NCBI GenBank assembly: GCA_002491245.1
Contig: DKVO01000036.1
Span: 40,273 to 104,272, forward strand
Length of the DNA stretch: 64,000 bases
Direction of reading: 5' to 3'
From: Porphyromonadaceae bacterium UBA7176
Lineage (GTDB): Bacteria; Bacteroidota; Bacteroidia; Bacteroidales; Muribaculaceae
The translations under genes and the position numbers were made by a program. The notes below the pieces were generated by a model that was not told where the DNA came from, did no database searches, and was given only the letters and a program-made list of their open reading frames with translations. Shown here one piece after another: positions 60,345-64,000 of the stretch. Each line of letters begins with the position of its first letter. Positions within the stretch are counted from its first letter, which is position 1.

Positions 60345-60973
60345 CAGTCTTTGGGGTTAACCTCGAGAAGCTCTACGTCAAAAATAAGAGTCTGGTTCGG
60401 GCCGATCACGCCACCAGCACCCTGCGGACCGTAGGCAAGCTGCGAAGGAATGAAAAGACGCCATTTAGCTCCGGGCTTCATCAGTTGGAGAGCCTCTACC
60501 CATCCGGGGATAACCTGTGTCACACCAAAGGTTGCAGGCTGGCCGCGGTCTACCGACGAGTCAAATACAGTACCGTCGATAAGTTTGCCGGTATAATGCA
60601 CCTTCACAGTGTCGCTCGCCTTGGGGCTGTCGCCCTCACCGGCCTCGATTACCTCATACTGCAGGCCGGAGGCAAGAGTCTTTACCTCAACACGTTTGCC
60701 ATTGGCGTCAAGGAACTCGGCGCCGGCCTTGGCGTTGACGTCTGCCATAGCGGCAGCGGCCTCTTCCTGCTTCTTCTGCAGAGCTGTGAAGAAATCCTGT
60801 ATCGTGGCTTTGGCTTCATCGTAGCTCATTTTAGGCTGTGCGCCGTCGAAAACGGCAGCGACGCCGTCGGCGAAGTCCTGCACCTGTATCGATTCGATAC
60901 CCGAGCTGCGGAAGTTGTTGCCCATGCTCAGACCGAGAGCATAGCTCAAACGGTCAAATTCTTTATTGTCCAT
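60344..60973 (-). CDS. FKBP-type PPIase (FklB-like)
   Basis: Motifs SYALG, HYTGKLIDGTVFDSS and VIPGWVEAL. Confidence 0.93.
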   Translation of the reverse strand: MDNKEFDRLSYALGLSMGNNFRSSGIESIQVQDFADGVAAVFDGAQPKMSYDEAKATIQDFFTALQKKQEEAAAAMADVNAKAGAEFLDANGKRVEVKTLASGLQYEVIEAGEGDSPKASDTVKVHYTGKLIDGTVFDSSVDRGQPATFGVTQVIPGWVEALQLMKPGAKWRLFIPSQLAYGPQGAGGVIGPNQTLIFDVELLEVNPKD

Positions 60974-61031
60974 GTCTTATGTGTTATATAATTTTCAATC
61001 AAAGGAATAACAAGCTTGCGCACCCTTATGT

Positions 61032-62819
61032 TTAGTCAAGCTTCAGAACTGCCAGGAACGCCTTCTGAGGCACTTCCACCGAGCCGATCTGCTTCATGCG
61101 TTTCTTGCCCTTTTTCTGCTTCTCGAGCAGTTTGCGCTTTCGCGAGATATCGCCGCCGTAACACTTCGCCGTAACGTCCTTACGAACAGCCTTGATAGTC
61201 TCTCGTGCTATGATTTTGGCACCGATGGCTGCCTGCACCGCGATATCGAACTGCTGCCGAGGTATCAGCTCCTTGAGTTTCTCGCACATACGGCGTCCGA
61301 AAGTCACCGCATTATCGACATGTGTGAGCGTCGACAGAGCGTCCACACTCTCGCCATTAAGCAGAATGTCGAGCTTCACAAGCTTGCTCTCGCGGAAGTC
61401 GTGGATATGATAGTCGAACGAAGCATAGCCCTTCGATATACTCTTGAGTTTATCGTAAAAATCGATCACAATCTCGCCAAGCGGCATATCGAAGATAAGC
61501 TCCATGCGGTTGCCCGATATGTACTCCTGCTTGACGAGCTCGCCGCGCTTGCCCAGACACAAGGTCATGATCGGACCGATATAGTCGCTCGCCGTGATGA
61601 CAGATGCCCTGATATAAGGCTCCTCGATATGATCGATGAGCGTCGGATCAGGCAAACCCGACGGATTATGCACCTCGAGCATCTCGCCGCGCTTGTCGAA
61701 CACATGGTAGCTTACGTTAGGCACCGTTGTGATCACATCCATATCGAACTCGCGCCCGAGGCGTTCCTGGATTATCTCCATATGCAGCAAGCCGAGGAAG
61801 CCGCATCGGAAACCGAAACCAAGCGCCTGCGACGATTCCGGCGTGAAAGTGAGCGAGGCATCGTTGAGCTGAAGTTTCTCGAGCGACGCACGCAGGTTCT
61901 CGAAGTCCTCAGTCTCTATCGGATATACGCCGGCGAAGACCATAGGCTTCACCTCCTCGAAACCGTCGATAGCCTCCGAGCAAGGACGGTTCACATGCGT
62001 TATCGTGTCGCCCACACGCACCTCACGGCTCGTCTTGATGCCCGAGATTATATATCCTACATTTCCGGCCGACAACTCTTTACGTGGCTGCATATCGAGC
62101 TTGAGGATACCGATTTCATCGGCATGATACTCCTTGCCCGTCGACACGAACTTCACAAAATCGTTCGTTCTGATAGTGCCGTTCACAATCTTGTAGTACG
62201 CGATGATACCCCTGAACGGATTGAACACCGAGTCGAAGATCAGAGCCTGGAGAGGCGCCGACGGATCACCCTCAGGAGCCGGCACACGCTCTATGATGGC
62301 ACGCAGGATATCCGGCACGCCCATGCCAGTCTTGCCGCTGGCGCGGATAATCTCCTCGCGCTTGCAGCCCAGCAGGTCGATGATCTCGTCCTCCACCTCC
62401 TCGGGGTTGGCCGACGGCAGGTCACACTTATTGAGCACCGGTATGATCTCGAGATTATTGTCGATTGCCATGTAGAGGTTCGATATCGTCTGGGCCTGCA
62501 CGCCCTGCGAGGCATCGACAATCAGAAGAGCACCCTCGCAGGCAGCGATCGAGCGCGACACCTCGTAAGAGAAGTCGACGTGTCCCGGAGTATCAATCAG
62601 GTTGAGAGTATATTTTTCCCCGTCGAGGGTATAGTCCATCTGTATGGCATGGCTTTTGATAGTGATGCCGCGCTCGCGCTCCAGATCCATATCGTCGAGC
62701 ACCTGCGCCTCCATATCTTTAGCCGATACAGTGTCGGTATATTCGAGCAGACGGTCGGCCAGGGTAGATTTGCCGTGGTCGATGTGCGCTATTATGCAGA
62801 AATTGCGTATTCGTTTCAT
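61032..62819 (-). CDS. lepA: Elongation factor 4
   Basis: Motifs AHIDHGKST and [17 protein letters not shown]. Confidence 0.98.
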   Translation of the reverse strand: MKRIRNFCIIAHIDHGKSTLADRLLEYTDTVSAKDMEAQVLDDMDLERERGITIKSHAIQMDYTLDGEKYTLNLIDTPGHVDFSYEVSRSIAACEGALLIVDASQGVQAQTISNLYMAIDNNLEIIPVLNKCDLPSANPEEVEDEIIDLLGCKREEIIRASGKTGMGVPDILRAIIERVPAPEGDPSAPLQALIFDSVFNPFRGIIAYYKIVNGTIRTNDFVKFVSTGKEYHADEIGILKLDMQPRKELSAGNVGYIISGIKTSREVRVGDTITHVNRPCSEAIDGFEEVKPMVFAGVYPIETEDFENLRASLEKLQLNDASLTFTPESSQALGFGFRCGFLGLLHMEIIQERLGREFDMDVITTVPNVSYHVFDKRGEMLEVHNPSGLPDPTLIDHIEEPYIRASVITASDYIGPIMTLCLGKRGELVKQEYISGNRMELIFDMPLGEIVIDFYDKLKSISKGYASFDYHIHDFRESKLVKLDILLNGESVDALSTLTHVDNAVTFGRRMCEKLKELIPRQQFDIAVQAAIGAKIIARETIKAVRKDVTAKCYGGDISRKRKLLEKQKKGKKRMKQIGSVEVPQKAFLAVLKLD

Positions 62820-63024
62820 CAGTGTATATTTAGTGCAAAATTATGAAAAATCGCCCACACCACCAAATATTGTCCAAACACCGCATTTTTTGAAAAGTTA
62901 CAATCTCCTACTACGCTGATTTTGCCTATTTTCTCGCCGTTTTTAAAAAGTTTTTACATTTTGTTTGCAAATTTAAATGTTATGATATATATTTGCGCCA
63001 TCAACCCCTAACACACAAAAAACT

Positions 63025-64000
63025 ATGAAAAAACTACTATTAATCCTAAGCGCGACTTTGTTACCGGGGCTCTTCGTAGTGTCGTGTTCTGACGGGGACG
63101 AACCGGAAGTAATAGAAGCGCCCAAGACCATAGAGCTTACTGAAGTGGAACGTCAGGCCATGACCAAGATAGGCGAATTCGACCTGAACCTTTTAGAAAA
63201 AATGTGTGAGAGTACGCCTGATGAAAATGTTGTCATATCTCCGTTCGGTACATCTGTGATTCTTACGCTGCTTGCAAATCAAGATAATGCATTAAAGCAG
63301 CAGGTGCCGGCGTTGTTCGGGTTCGCGACCTTGGATGAGTTGATTGACTACAACTCCAAACTGCTCAAACTCCTGCCTACTTTAGATAAAAACGCCACGC
63401 TCGATATAGCAAACTCGCAATGGTATAATCCTCAAACATCGGAAGCATCTAAACTCTTCGGCCTCGAGGCTTTTGGGAGGAATATACCGGATGATGCATC
63501 GGCATGGTCAGAAATGGATGAATGGGTCAGTAAGAAAACTAATGGACAGATAGATGAAGTTCCGTTTAATCCCGAAAGTAACCCATATGAAGTTTTCCTA
63601 AATTCATTATATTTTAAGAATGGGTGGACCACCCGTTTTGATAAAGCAAAGACAAAGAGAACTTTGTTTTATGGCAGAAACGGCATATCTGATGCAAACA
63701 TGATGTACTCATCAGAAGAATTTAAGACGGCAAGAGGTAGATATTGCAAGGCTGCTATCTGCGATTTCGGCAACGGTGCATTTCAGGCTTTGTTTGTAAT
63801 GCCTGATGCTCAAGAAATTGACAAAGAAGCGCTACATTCGATACCCGAACTTGTGTTTAAATACAATTCAGATCTCGGACTCCCCCGTTTCTCTTTGAGC
63901 CAATCTAAAAGTGATTTTACAGATCTTCTTAAAGATATGGGTCTTACCGCTCTTGCATCAGACGGACAAAGCAAAATTGAAGTACATCAATCTGCCACAG
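63025..64000 (+). CDS. Serpin-family lipoprotein (partial; runs off the window and is absent from the ORF track)
   Basis: Manual translation gives MKKLLLILS...VVSC, ENVVISP, IANSQW, WVSKKTNGQI, NSLYFKNGW..RF and LPRF. Confidence 0.88.
   Translation, partial: MKKLLLILSATLLPGLFVVSCSDGDEPEVIEAPKTIELTEVERQAMTKIGEFDLNLLEKMCESTPDENVVISPFGTSVILTLLANQDNALKQQVPALFGFATLDELIDYNSKLLKLLPTLDKNATLDIANSQWYNPQTSEASKLFGLEAFGRNIPDDASAWSEMDEWVSKKTNGQIDEVPFNPESNPYEVFLNSLYFKNGWTTRFDKAKTKRTLFYGRNGISDANMMYSSEEFKTARGRYCKAAICDFGNGAFQALFVMPDAQEIDKEALHSIPELVFKYNSDLGLPRFSLSQSKSDFTDLLKDMGLTALASDGQSKIEVHQSAT

Noticed and set aside
61320-62846. Long antisense ORFs (508 aa opposite lepA; also 38027-39472, 13371-14483, 16375-17469, 36784-37875 and 43390-44436)
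   Set aside because: They are shadows of real genes, expected from codon bias, and show no recognisable motifs or promoters.
1-64000. CRISPR arrays, tRNA/rRNA genes, IS elements and invertible promoters with a recombinase
   Set aside because: None were recognised by eye. Intergenic spaces are short and no transposase or recombinase ORF is present.

Overview
This is a 64 kb chromosomal window from a gut Bacteroidales, probably a Muribaculaceae-like organism (inferred from TTTG-N19-21-TAnnTTTG promoters, short T9SS-type C-terminal tails and gene content). Housekeeping genes include rnhB, the hut operon with a fused FTCD, apt, mnmG with a parS site, ybeY, upp, a DEAD-box helicase, xseA/xseB, yebC, pheT, three FKBPs and lepA. 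These are interspersed with accessory secreted or surface proteins: a CotH kinase, two C10 peptidase-LRR proteins, a fimbrillin pair, a GH43 and a serpin. No rRNA, tRNA, CRISPR array, transposase or integrase was recognised. The most notable observations are: (1) an 84/85-bp direct repeat, made of the T9SS-tail coding end plus 3' UTR, that brackets a promoter-bearing two-gene cassette which could excise cleanly; (2) a PatB/MalY-DapF fusion with both catalytic sites intact; (3) a LexA/CI-like repressor overlapping rnhB, with a perfect palindrome inside its own promoter; (4) an apparent 15-kb inversion separating xseA from xseB; (5) several enzymes with substituted catalytic residues; (6) a heavily structured intergenic region upstream of the GH43 gene. 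All family calls come from motif recognition by eye; no database searches were run.
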